From Bermanella sp. WJH001 (GTDB taxonomy: Bacteria > Pseudomonadota > Gammaproteobacteria > Pseudomonadales > Oceanobacteraceae): a DNA stretch of 32,000 nt. This document shows positions 1-8,273 of the stretch, piece by piece. Below the pieces are notes generated by a model. The model saw only the letters and a list, made by a program, of their open reading frames with translations, was not told where the DNA came from and did no database searches. The first letter of the stretch is position 1. The number at the start of each line of letters is the position of its first letter. The position numbers and the translations under genes are program-made. The stretch covers positions 1,038,453 to 1,070,452 of the forward strand of contig NZ_CP194951.1 of NCBI RefSeq assembly GCF_030070105.2, read 5' to 3'.

Positions 1-2136
1 GGACAAATTAATGATGGTGACCTTTTCCTTTACTTCTTCTTTAACAAAGATGCAGCAGGGCAAAGTGACAACAAGGTGTACTTTGAGGTGTTCACTGAAG
101 GCAATCTAAATGAAGCAGGTATGCCGGTTGATCAGGTGATTTTATCGGATGACGGTCAAGAGTTAGTGATCGTTGATGCTGATGCAACCAGCCAACATTA
201 CATTGGTGATTACCAATATTGGTATAACACTGACGGTGGTGTGATTGGCCCGTTACGCGGTGAAGAGTTTACCATTGCGGTTCGCGCGGTATCACAAAGC
301 CCTGTGGGTGACGATTTAACCGGTGCTAGTTTCTTTTCACGAGAAGGCACTGAGTATAACTTCTTCAAAGACCCTAAGATCACCTCATTTATCGTCACGT
401 ATAAAGAAGAGAAGTTCTGTGATCTTGATCCGGTAGATCCAGTAGAACCAGTTGATCCAGTAGAACCCGTTGATCCGGTAGACCCAGTTGATCCAGTAGA
501 TCCAGTTGACCCAGTTGACCCAGTTGACCCAGTTGACCCAGTTGACCCGGTTGATCCAGTTGATCCAGTTGATCCAGTTGATCCAGTAGAAGGTGATGGT
601 ATTTGTTACGGTAAAGGGTATTGGAAAAACCATAACCGTTTTGCATCTAACCCAAGCCAAAATAACCCATGGCCTGCTGATGAAAACACAGCTTTGTGTG
701 GTACCACCTGGTATCAAATGATTGGCGAACCAAGTCAAGGTAATGCATGGAATATTCTGGGCAAGCACTGGGTAACGGCAAAACTGAATGTGGCCAATGG
801 TGGCTTTGTGCCAACTGAAATCGCCAGTGCGTTGTTAATGTCAGAAACTCTGCTGGTTAATTGCAGTATTGATAATGATGATCGCGATTTTGCACTTGCG
901 CTTAAGGACACGCTGGAACATTACAATGAGTCACCAGATTGTTTAGAAAATCCTGTTGAGCCTCAACCGTTAGCCTCAACCGTGCATATTCGTTCAGTTT
1001 ATGACTTTAACGGTGAAGACATGAGTGTGCTGGGCTTGGCGAATATGGCGAACCCTATGTTGCTGCCGATGGATCAGCGCAGTGAACGTTTCATTCGTAT
1101 TTATACGCAAAATCTTGAAGGGGCCACGGTATTAAGCGGTTATGCACCCATTCAACCTGATGGCTCTGTGATGTTTGAAATGCCAGCGCACACACTATTC
1201 ACCTTTGAAGTGGTGAACGCACAAGCCAAAGCGTTAAATCATGACCGCTCACAAATGGCGGGCAGCGACTTCCCTTACACTTATATGCAGCGTTATGCAG
1301 GTTGGTTAGAAGTGACTGGCAGTGAGCAAAAAGAATTTAATGGCTTTGATGTCACCAGTGAAGCCGCTTCTATCAATGCAGGTGCGCAACAAGTGGGTCC
1401 ATACCCAAATGCATCTACGTTGATTCAAGCACAGTCTATCGGTCAAACAATGGCGCAAGCATTGTATGGTGCAGTTGAAAACTTCGGACAGTTGATGCCG
1501 GTGATGCGTTATCACGACTACTGGACACCAAGTCCGATGCAAGGCAATAACACAATTGCTTTAGGATACGCAGAACTGACAACAGCCTCCCCAGTGAATG
1601 CTGCCTGTGAACTGAATAATGCATCTGATTGTGTAGCGACCATTAGTTATGAACAACACATCAAACCATTATGGAATAATGTGATTCGTAACAAAGCAGG
1701 CAACAGCTGTGTGGATTGTCATGATAACCGCGGCTTTACCAGCTTAGATTTAAGTGACTTTACTTCTCCAGTAGAAGGCTTAGCCTCATATGATGCCTTG
1801 TTCAGCAATAACCGCACTTATATGTATCTAGCGTCAACGTTCAGTGAAGTAAATGAAAGTCACTGTCGTCGATATGTGGAAGCACCATTTGTGATGCAAC
1901 CTGAAAATGATTGCTTCAGCTGCTACGGACAAGCATTAATGAATCCTTTAGGAGCCATTAGTAGCGCAAACTTCTTTGATGTATTTGCCGAGGATGCAGA
2001 TCATAATCACTGGATTTTCCGCCCACTGGAAGTGGATCAATCTAAACAGGACATATTCCAACAGCATAAAAACATGCTAACACCGCAAGAGCGTAAGCTA
2101 ATTGCAGAGTGGTTAGATATGGGTGCACCCCAATAA
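1..2136 (+). CDS. 5'-truncated secreted/surface repeat protein with a (PVD/PVE)18 linker and a C-terminal CxxCH cytochrome-c-like domain
   Basis: Frame 1 has no stop from nt 1 up to the GTG at 76 chosen by the ORF track, so the gene probably starts upstream of the window. The stop at 2134-2136 is followed by a strong hairpin terminator. A CVDCH heme-c motif lies at 1708-1722. The C-terminal tail '[17 protein letters not shown]' resembles Planctomycete-cytochrome-C (PSCyt1)-type domains, from memory. Confidence 0.7.
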   Translation, partial: GQINDGDLFLYFFFNKDAAGQSDNKVYFEVFTEGNLNEAGMPVDQVILSDDGQELVIVDADATSQHYIGDYQYWYNTDGGVIGPLRGEEFTIAVRAVSQSPVGDDLTGASFFSREGTEYNFFKDPKITSFIVTYKEEKFCDLDPVDPVEPVDPVEPVDPVDPVDPVDPVDPVDPVDPVDPVDPVDPVDPVDPVDPVEGDGICYGKGYWKNHNRFASNPSQNNPWPADENTALCGTTWYQMIGEPSQGNAWNILGKHWVTAKLNVANGGFVPTEIASALLMSETLLVNCSIDNDDRDFALALKDTLEHYNESPDCLENPVEPQPLASTVHIRSVYDFNGEDMSVLGLANMANPMLLPMDQRSERFIRIYTQNLEGATVLSGYAPIQPDGSVMFEMPAHTLFTFEVVNAQAKALNHDRSQMAGSDFPYTYMQRYAGWLEVTGSEQKEFNGFDVTSEAASINAGAQQVGPYPNASTLIQAQSIGQTMAQALYGAVENFGQLMPVMRYHDYWTPSPMQGNNTIALGYAELTTASPVNAACELNNASDCVATISYEQHIKPLWNNVIRNKAGNSCVDCHDNRGFTSLDLSDFTSPVEGLASYDALFSNNRTYMYLASTFSEVNESHCRRYVEAPFVMQPENDCFSCYGQALMNPLGAISSANFFDVFAEDADHNHWIFRPLEVDQSKQDIFQQHKNMLTPQERKLIAEWLDMGAPQ
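430..591 (+). repeat. 18 tandem in-frame copies of a 9-bp unit (CCA GTT GAY / CCR GTA GAW) encoding PVD/PVE
   Basis: Read directly: ccggtagat, ccagtagaa, ccagttgat ... ccagtagaa. The central copies are perfect repeats of ccagttgac and ccagttgat. Confidence 0.95.
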
Positions 2137-2164
2137 AAAATTAAAATAATAGCGGTCTAAATTT

Positions 2165-2199
2165 AACCCAGTTAATCGAAGATTAACTGGGTTTTTTTT
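2165..2199. terminator. Rho-independent terminator between convergent genes
   Basis: A 13-bp perfect stem (aacccagttaatc at 2165-2177 pairs with gattaactgggtt at 2181-2193) has a 3-nt loop and is followed by a T8 run. It sits between the stop at 2136 (+) and the stop at 2216 (-). Confidence 0.85.
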
Positions 2200-2215
2200 A
2201 TGAGATAAGCTGTTA

Positions 2216-4285
2216 TTAGCTCATGGATTTTAATTGCGGTTTGTATTGGCAATAAAATTGAAACATTGAACTAAAAGTACTGGGGTAAGCACTTTCAAAC
2301 AATTCCCATTGCTCTAAGTTGTTGAGCGCGTAATCAGCCCCGATAAACTGTTTGAAAGACGCTTTAGTTTGAGAATCCAGATTAGAAAAGCCTAAAAACA
2401 CAAGCTGATTTGAATCACATAGCTGTTTGATCGTGCTAGGTGTAAATCCAATTTCATATTCATGCAGCAGTAAATCCACCACGCCACTCATGCTGTAAAA
2501 ATCATCTGACTCCGTGACAAGGTGTTTGTTTTCAATTTTATCATCCGCAAAAATAGCATGACGTAAAATACGGATGTCTTGTTCATTTTTTTCAATGCCC
2601 CCATGTTTGTAGGCTTTTCTTATTTGGTAGATAGGGGTGCGTGCTCGTTTGCTATACAAGGATAGTTTTAATAAACCATTGGGTTTTAAATTACTTAACA
2701 AACCTTTTAGAGCTATTTGATAATCTTTAATGTGGTGCAAAACACCAGAGCACTCAACAATATCAAACGTTTGATCAAGCTTGGCAAGTTGAGTTAAATC
2801 CGCTAAGTAAAACTCAATGTTATCAATGTTTAGCTCAGCTGATTTTTTATAAGCGTAACTCAAACTGGTTTCACTGATGTCCAATGCGGTGACATGAGTT
2901 TGATAAAAGTATTTCGCAACATTCAGTGCATGGCGACCAGTGCCACACCCTGCCACTAAAATGTTGAGAGGCTGCAATAAAATAGCCTCTGGAATCTTCG
3001 CCCAAGGAAACTCATGTTGTAACGCACGCCCATAATTGGTTGTATGTTTGTTATCTAAAAATTGCCAGCGTGGGTAAGGGAAGCGCTCATACTGAGTTTT
3101 GACTTCATGGGGGTTACCTTGTGAAATAGGCGTGAGTGCGGTGAACTCAAAATGTTGGTCATGCAACAAGCGGTCATGAGCCTGTTTAATATCAAAACTA
3201 ATGGCAGGCCAGCTGTCATTATGAAAATCAAACAAGGCCTTATGGTTGTTAATGGTGTACCAAGACTCATACATGGCAAATAACATGAGAGCGCCGGATA
3301 TGTCCGTTGGCGTGCAGCTGGTTTGGGTTAGTGATTGCTCAATCATGATTTTTAATGTCAACACCATTGAGCGTTCAGCTTCAGTGTATGGCATTAAAAA
3401 TTCGTTATTCAATGCATACTGACACAATGCTTCACACAGTGGTACGTATTGATTAATCAAGCGGCCTTTTTTACTGGCATGACTTAATAACTCTTGGCGT
3501 AACGCAATGATTAACTTCTCAAGTAATTCATTTTTAATAATGGTGTTGCGTAACGTTTTTAATAATAAAACTGAATTAGCCATATCATTAAATGATGCGG
3601 CGCTACCTTGATGATTTAGTTGAAACTTATAAATCAAAACACTGCAACATAAATGAGAGAGCTGGTTTAAGTTTAAGTCGTCCCAACTAAGGTAGCTTAT
3701 TAAGTCCTGTTCTAATTCAACATCGTAATAATCGGCGACTAAACCTTGAGCGCAATGTAATAAACGGCTACGAATTTGAGCATCGCTCCCATTGGTTTTG
3801 GCTAACTGGCGATATAACTGAAACGCTTCAACTTTGCGACCTTGTTCCACCAAGGTATAGGCGAGGCTGACTTCCGCACGAGTTTGATTAGGTGCCAGTG
3901 ATATGGCTTGTTTGAAGGCTTTTTCGGCATCGTTAAAACGACTCATGGCCAATGCCACGTGGCCGGCGCTGTACCAATAGCCAGCATTATGGGGGTGTTC
4001 GATTAATGCTTGCTCTATATGGGCTTGAGCCGTGTTTAGATGTCCAGATTCAAGTTCAATACGTGCCAGTAAGTTGAGACTGTCACCATCTAAGGGGGCA
4101 ATTTCTAGGGCCTGCAAGATGAAACCTTTTGCTCCCTTCAGGGCATCTTGGCGCACCGAATGGTTCAAGTTATTTGGGGTATCATCAAATAGCACAAATG
4201 CTTGTTTTTTTAGTTCGTTGATCAGGCCTATTTTTTTTCGGCTGAGCTTGTCTTGCTTGGGATTTGCGCTGTTGCTAAATGCCAT
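2216..4285 (-). CDS. TPR-repeat protein fused to a class I SAM-dependent methyltransferase domain
   Basis: 689-aa ORF. The N-terminal third has TPR-like helical repeats (e.g. 'AGYWYSAGHVALAMSRFNDAEKAFKQAISLAP'). The C-terminal part carries methyltransferase motif I 'ILVAGCGTGRHA', an acidic post-I 'ALDIS' and 'FDIVECSGVLHH'. Confidence 0.8.
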   Translation of the reverse strand: MAFSNSANPKQDKLSRKKIGLINELKKQAFVLFDDTPNNLNHSVRQDALKGAKGFILQALEIAPLDGDSLNLLARIELESGHLNTAQAHIEQALIEHPHNAGYWYSAGHVALAMSRFNDAEKAFKQAISLAPNQTRAEVSLAYTLVEQGRKVEAFQLYRQLAKTNGSDAQIRSRLLHCAQGLVADYYDVELEQDLISYLSWDDLNLNQLSHLCCSVLIYKFQLNHQGSAASFNDMANSVLLLKTLRNTIIKNELLEKLIIALRQELLSHASKKGRLINQYVPLCEALCQYALNNEFLMPYTEAERSMVLTLKIMIEQSLTQTSCTPTDISGALMLFAMYESWYTINNHKALFDFHNDSWPAISFDIKQAHDRLLHDQHFEFTALTPISQGNPHEVKTQYERFPYPRWQFLDNKHTTNYGRALQHEFPWAKIPEAILLQPLNILVAGCGTGRHALNVAKYFYQTHVTALDISETSLSYAYKKSAELNIDNIEFYLADLTQLAKLDQTFDIVECSGVLHHIKDYQIALKGLLSNLKPNGLLKLSLYSKRARTPIYQIRKAYKHGGIEKNEQDIRILRHAIFADDKIENKHLVTESDDFYSMSGVVDLLLHEYEIGFTPSTIKQLCDSNQLVFLGFSNLDSQTKASFKQFIGADYALNNLEQWELFESAYPSTFSSMFQFYCQYKPQLKSMS

Positions 4286-4416
4286 GGGTAAATCCTTTCG
4301 CTACGATAAAAGCGATTAGTATGATATTTCCTTATAAGCACAGCCTATGCCATTAAAAATTATTCATATTTATCAATAATTTAGAGTGTTTTTAGGCAAA
4401 TATTTTCAATAGGAAA

Positions 4417-4431
4417 TGGGCACAGGGTTGC
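4417..4431 (+). promoter_or_regulatory. Weak sigma-54-like motif (TGGGCACAGGGTTGC)
   Basis: GG-N10-GC spacing is only kept if the first GG of GGG is used, and the -24 element is imperfect. It lies ~120 nt upstream of fliS. Confidence 0.2.
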
Positions 4432-4503
4432 CGCTTTTGGTGGGTTTTAGTACCGCTATGGCGTAGGCTGACTGAGATGAAAGCATCTATTTCAATTAAA
4501 TGT

Positions 4504-4530
4504 TAAAGATATCCAGTTTGGGGCCGTTTA
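4504..4530 (+). promoter_or_regulatory. Candidate sigma-28 (FliA) promoter of fliS
   Basis: TAAA(G)-N15-GCCGTTTA matches the consensus TAAA-N15-GCCGATAA at 4/4 and 6/8 positions. The -10 element ends ~17 nt before the GAGGG Shine-Dalgarno at 4547-4551. Confidence 0.45.
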
Positions 4531-4552
4531 CCTTTATGTAGTAATTGAGGGT

Positions 4553-5002
4553 ATGAGTATGTATACAAAAGGCGCAAAGGAATACAGTCAAGTTAGCTTG
4601 CAAACGGAAGTCATGGAAGCGGATCCCCATAAGCTAATTCAACTATTACTTGAGGGGGCATTAACTCGCCTTTCTATGGCAAAAAATTTCATAGAGAAAA
4701 AAGAGTATGCTGCAAAGAATGAAAAAATTGGGCGTGCAATTGATATTATTTGCGCGCTACAAGAATCGTTAGATCACGAACGCGGCGGTGAGATCAGTGT
4801 TAATTTAGAACGTTTGTATGACTACATGACTCGGCGTTTATTTGAAGCCAACTCTAAGAATGATCTCGTTATTATTAATGAAGTAATGGGACTATTGTCT
4901 GAAGTGAAATCAGGCTGGGAAGGCATTCGTGCAAGCTATGAAGAGATTAAAGGGCAAGGTAAATTACAGCCAGCTCCTGAGCAAAATCACTTGTCGGTCT
5001 AG
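4553..5002 (+). CDS. fliS: Flagellin-specific export chaperone FliS
   Basis: The N-terminus 'YTKGAKEYSQVSLQTEVMEADPHKLIQLLLEGALTRL' and size are typical of FliS, and the gene sits directly upstream of flrA as in Vibrio and Shewanella. The ATG at 4559 has better SD spacing than 4553, so the true start may be 6 nt later. Confidence 0.9.
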   Translation: MSMYTKGAKEYSQVSLQTEVMEADPHKLIQLLLEGALTRLSMAKNFIEKKEYAAKNEKIGRAIDIICALQESLDHERGGEISVNLERLYDYMTRRLFEANSKNDLVIINEVMGLLSEVKSGWEGIRASYEEIKGQGKLQPAPEQNHLSV

Positions 5003-5025
5003 CTCAAAAACGCCAACTTTACGAT

Positions 5026-5047
5026 AAAGGCCGTCAAGGCCTTTTTT
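5026..5047 (+). terminator. Rho-independent terminator after fliS
   Basis: Stem aaaggcc (5026-5032) pairs with ggccttt (5038-5044) around a 5-nt loop, followed by a T-run. Confidence 0.6.
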
Positions 5048-5350
5048 GTTATAAGGCCCATGGAACGTGGGTTATATGAATTTAATAGTTACAAAACAAT
5101 TAACTAGCGACAAAATTTTTTTGTAACTAAATAAAAAAATGGTTTACAGGCATCATTTTTTTTGACACTAATAAGCTTAAGCAAGATCAATGGCAGAAAA
5201 GTATTAATCTTGTTGATAAATAATAACAATAAAAAAGTCGTCATTTATTTGACCGTAACGTCCTCATCAACTTAACTAGAAGAAACTAGTCAAATTAACG
5301 ACGAGTTTACGATCAATTGAAGACAATAAAAATCGGGGAAAAGGTGCACC

Positions 5351-6823
5351 ATGTGGCGAGAAATTAAAGTCCTGTTGGTGGATGACAACGAGCAACGTCA
5401 ACATGACATGCAAGTATTGCTTGATTTTTTAGGTGAAGAATCGCTTAACAGCAATACTTCAAATTGGCGTGATATGGCAAATGATAGCGGCGACGCGGCT
5501 AACATTATTGCTTTTATTATTGGTAGCTCAGAAAAAACGTCACTTGATACACTTCTTAAAGAAATAAATGAATGGGATAAAGGCATGCCCATGATTTATG
5601 TGGGTGATGAAGAACTACCAACCGACCTTCCCGATGATGTACGCCGATCTATTATTGCTCAAGTGAGCATGCCTCCAACCTACAATAAATTACTTGATAG
5701 CTTGCATCGTGCCCAAGTATACCGTGAACACTTTGCCCATAATCGTGTTCGAGGTGAACGTCGCCCAGTGCAGTTGTTTCGCTCTTTGGTGGGAACCAGT
5801 CGCCAGATCCAATATGTACGTGAACTGATGCATCAGGTAGCAGACAAGAGTGTAACGGTTTTAATTACAGGTGAAAGTGGTACAGGTAAAGAAGTGGTTG
5901 CTCGCAACTTACATTACCACAGCACTCGTCGTGATGGCCCATTTGTACCGGTTAACTGCGGTGCCATCCCTAACGAATTAATTGAAAGTGAATTATTTGG
6001 CCATGAAAAAGGCGCATTTACAGGTGCCATTACATCTCGTTGTGGTCGCTTTGAAATGGCAGAAGGTGGCACTCTATTTTTAGATGAGATAGGTGACTTG
6101 CCACTTAATATGCAAGTGAAGTTATTGCGAGTATTGCAAGAGCGTACCTATGAACGTGTTGGTGGTACAAAAACACTGCAAACGGATGTGCGCATTATTG
6201 CAGCGACTCATAAAAACCTTGAAGCAATGGTGGCAGAAGAAACCTTCCGTGAAGATTTATACTACCGTTTAAACGTATTCCCAGTTGAAGTACCTGCATT
6301 GCGTGATCGTCGTGAAGACATTCCTTTATTACTAAATGAATTGATCTCACGGATGGAGAACGAAAAACGCGGATCGATTCGCTTTAATAGTGCTGCGATT
6401 ATGTCCCTGTGCCGTCACGACTGGCATGGTAATGTTAGGGAGCTTGCAAATTTAGTAGAGCGTTTAGCCATCTTGCATCCTTATGGGGTAATTGGTGTGC
6501 CTGAGTTACCTAAAAAATTCCGTCATGTGGATGAAGGCGATGAAGATGAAACCCGTATGCAAGAGCCTGTCATGCTACCAAGTGAACCGGGTTTAGTGGG
6601 CTTAGATACCCCCGCTTTATTACCGGTAAATGGTATCGACTTAAAAGATTATTTGACCAATCTAGAGCGTTCGTTGATTCAACAGGCGTTAGATGATGCT
6701 TGTGGAGTGGTGGCTCGAGCAGCAGAGAAATTAAAAATTCGCCGTACAACCCTCGTTGAAAAAATGAGAAAGTATGGTTTACAACGCAAAGAAAAAGAAC
6801 ATGCAGAGGAATTCGACGATTAA
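5351..6823 (+). CDS. flrA: Sigma-54-dependent flagellar master regulator FlrA/FleQ
   Basis: 490 aa. The REC-like N-domain has no obvious phospho-acceptor Asp ('AFIIGSSEK'). The AAA+ domain has Walker A 'GESGTGKE', the GAFTGA loop and 'DEIGD', and there is a C-terminal Fis-type HTH. The 'LFRS' and post-Walker-A 'ARN' motifs fall at residues 142-145 and 184-186. Confidence 0.92.
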   Translation: MWREIKVLLVDDNEQRQHDMQVLLDFLGEESLNSNTSNWRDMANDSGDAANIIAFIIGSSEKTSLDTLLKEINEWDKGMPMIYVGDEELPTDLPDDVRRSIIAQVSMPPTYNKLLDSLHRAQVYREHFAHNRVRGERRPVQLFRSLVGTSRQIQYVRELMHQVADKSVTVLITGESGTGKEVVARNLHYHSTRRDGPFVPVNCGAIPNELIESELFGHEKGAFTGAITSRCGRFEMAEGGTLFLDEIGDLPLNMQVKLLRVLQERTYERVGGTKTLQTDVRIIAATHKNLEAMVAEETFREDLYYRLNVFPVEVPALRDRREDIPLLLNELISRMENEKRGSIRFNSAAIMSLCRHDWHGNVRELANLVERLAILHPYGVIGVPELPKKFRHVDEGDEDETRMQEPVMLPSEPGLVGLDTPALLPVNGIDLKDYLTNLERSLIQQALDDACGVVARAAEKLKIRRTTLVEKMRKYGLQRKEKEHAEEFDD

Positions 6824-6845
6824 GCTCATTCATTGATTCTTGACT

Positions 6846-6868
6846 AAAAGCCCGAAAGGGCTTTTTTT
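6846..6868 (+). terminator. Rho-independent terminator after flrA
   Basis: Stem aaaagccc pairs with gggctttt around a gaaa loop, followed by a T7 run. Confidence 0.8.
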
Positions 6869-6975
6869 ATGCATGGGATTTACTGAACCATGATTGGTTG
6901 AGCTGAAATAAATTTTAATTCTGTCAATTTATATTTAATAACCTTTATATATAGCGTCATTATAAAAATGTGATG

Positions 6976-6991
6976 CGGCACGCAAATTGCC
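6976..6991 (+). promoter_or_regulatory. Sigma-54 promoter of flrBC
   Basis: CGGCACGCAAATTGCC matches the consensus TGGCACG-N4-TTGCW with exact GG-N10-GC spacing. It lies 68 nt upstream of the flrB ATG at 7059. Confidence 0.75.
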
Positions 6992-7058
6992 ATTACACCT
7001 ATAGAAAACTTATTTAGCCATTTATTTGGCTTCATTATTGCGTTTAGGTGTGGAGTAT

Positions 7059-8273
7059 ATGGCGTCTTATATTGAAAGTATTCAAGAAAACCAGCCAAAA
7101 GAAGGGCTGCGTCAAGCATTTGAGCTCTTTAATCAAATGTCCGAACAACTTACTGACAGTTACAGTAAATTAGAAAGTCAGGTGCAATTATTATCTGGGG
7201 AGCTGGCTGAAGTCAGTGCCGCTCGGATGAAAGAGTTAAAAGAAAAAGAACGTTTAGCTGATCGTTTGCATAGCTTGTTGCAACTATTGCCTGGTGGCGT
7301 AGTGGTGTTAGACGGAAATGGCCGTGTGCAAGAAAGTAATCGAGCAGCCCACGCCATGTTGCATCATGAAGGTTTGCAAGGGCAATTGTGGCGTGATGTG
7401 ATTAGCCAATATTTTCGCCCTCGTGAAGATGATGGCCATGAAGTATCACTTATAAATGGTCGCCGCCTGAGTATTCAAACATCGAGCTTAGAAAACGAGC
7501 CAGGGCAAATAGTGTTAATGACAGATCAAACAGAAACACGGGATCTGCAAGCAAAACTAGCCCGGCATCAGCGTTTAATGGCCATGGGAAAAATGGTTGC
7601 AAGTCTTGCGCATCAAGTACGAACCCCTCTTTCAGGCGCCATGTTATACAGCCAGCATCTAGCCAGTAGCGATTTAGATGCAGATACTCGAATTAAATTT
7701 TCAAAAAAACTGGGCCGTCAATTAAAAAATATTGAAGCGCAAGTGCGCGACATGCTGATTTTTGCAAGAGGCAGTGCACCTTTAAATAAACTGCTCAAGC
7801 AAGATGATTTAATAAAATTAATCTGCGAAGCTAAAAATATATTGCATAAGCAGTTTCAAGCACAAATTGAAATAAGCAGCGAATATTCAGATTGCAAAAT
7901 ACAGTGTCACCAAGAAAGCCTCATTGGTGCGATTCAAAATTTGATTTCAAATGGCATTGAAGCCGCAGAAGAATGCACCTCTCAAGCAAAAATTCGAGTA
8001 CACATCACTCAGCAAAAAAACTTTCTTACAATATCAGTTTGCGATAACGGCCCAGGCTTAAAAGCCAGTGAGTCGGATAAAATGACCGAACCGTTTTATA
8101 CCACAAAAAGTAATGGCACCGGACTGGGTTTACCAGTGGTGAATGCTGTTGTGCGTGCGCATTATGGCAAATTAACCTTTTTTAATCATGAACAGGGCGG
8201 TGCATGTTTTGTTATGTCTTTGCCTATCAGCCATCAAGCAGTTAATAAGGAGATGAGCCGTGAATCCATTTAA
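7059..8273 (+). CDS. flrB: Flagellar sensor histidine kinase FlrB/FleS (PAS-HisKA-HATPase)
   Basis: H-box 'SLAHQVRTPLS', N-box 'NLISNGIEA', G-boxes 'DNGPGL' and 'GTGLGL', and a PAS-like 'LPGGVVVLDGNGRVQESNRAA'. The ORF opens at a TTG at 7026, but the ATG at 7059 has a GGAG just upstream. Confidence 0.9.
   Translation: MASYIESIQENQPKEGLRQAFELFNQMSEQLTDSYSKLESQVQLLSGELAEVSAARMKELKEKERLADRLHSLLQLLPGGVVVLDGNGRVQESNRAAHAMLHHEGLQGQLWRDVISQYFRPREDDGHEVSLINGRRLSIQTSSLENEPGQIVLMTDQTETRDLQAKLARHQRLMAMGKMVASLAHQVRTPLSGAMLYSQHLASSDLDADTRIKFSKKLGRQLKNIEAQVRDMLIFARGSAPLNKLLKQDDLIKLICEAKNILHKQFQAQIEISSEYSDCKIQCHQESLIGAIQNLISNGIEAAEECTSQAKIRVHITQQKNFLTISVCDNGPGLKASESDKMTEPFYTTKSNGTGLGLPVVNAVVRAHYGKLTFFNHEQGGACFVMSLPISHQAVNKEMSRESI

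Noticed and set aside
430-591. Possible CRISPR array or other spaced repeat
   Set aside because: The 9-bp units are directly adjacent with no spacers, in-frame and inside a CDS. It is a coding tandem repeat, not a CRISPR array.
385-768. Minus-strand ORFs 385..768 and 395..646 with repetitive 'WINWIN' and 'LDQLDQ' translations
   Set aside because: They are antisense shadows of the 9-bp tandem repeat inside the long + strand gene. They have no independent start or SD context or recognisable domain.
4205-4238. T7 (4205-4211) and T8 (4231-4238) homopolymer tracts, which are A-tracts in the first ~30 codons of the minus-strand methyltransferase, as possible phase-variation switches
   Set aside because: The tracts are short, encode Lys-rich sequence and occur in an AT-rich genome. 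A single sequence gives no evidence of length variation.
4032-4319. 95-aa + strand ORF overlapping the 5' end of the methyltransferase gene
   Set aside because: It lies entirely antisense to a well-supported 689-aa CDS and has a low-complexity S/R/F-rich translation.
6880-7119. 79-aa minus-strand ORF spanning the flrA-flrB intergenic region
   Set aside because: It overlaps the flrBC sigma-54 promoter and the flrB start. Its AT-rich, low-complexity translation shows no motif.
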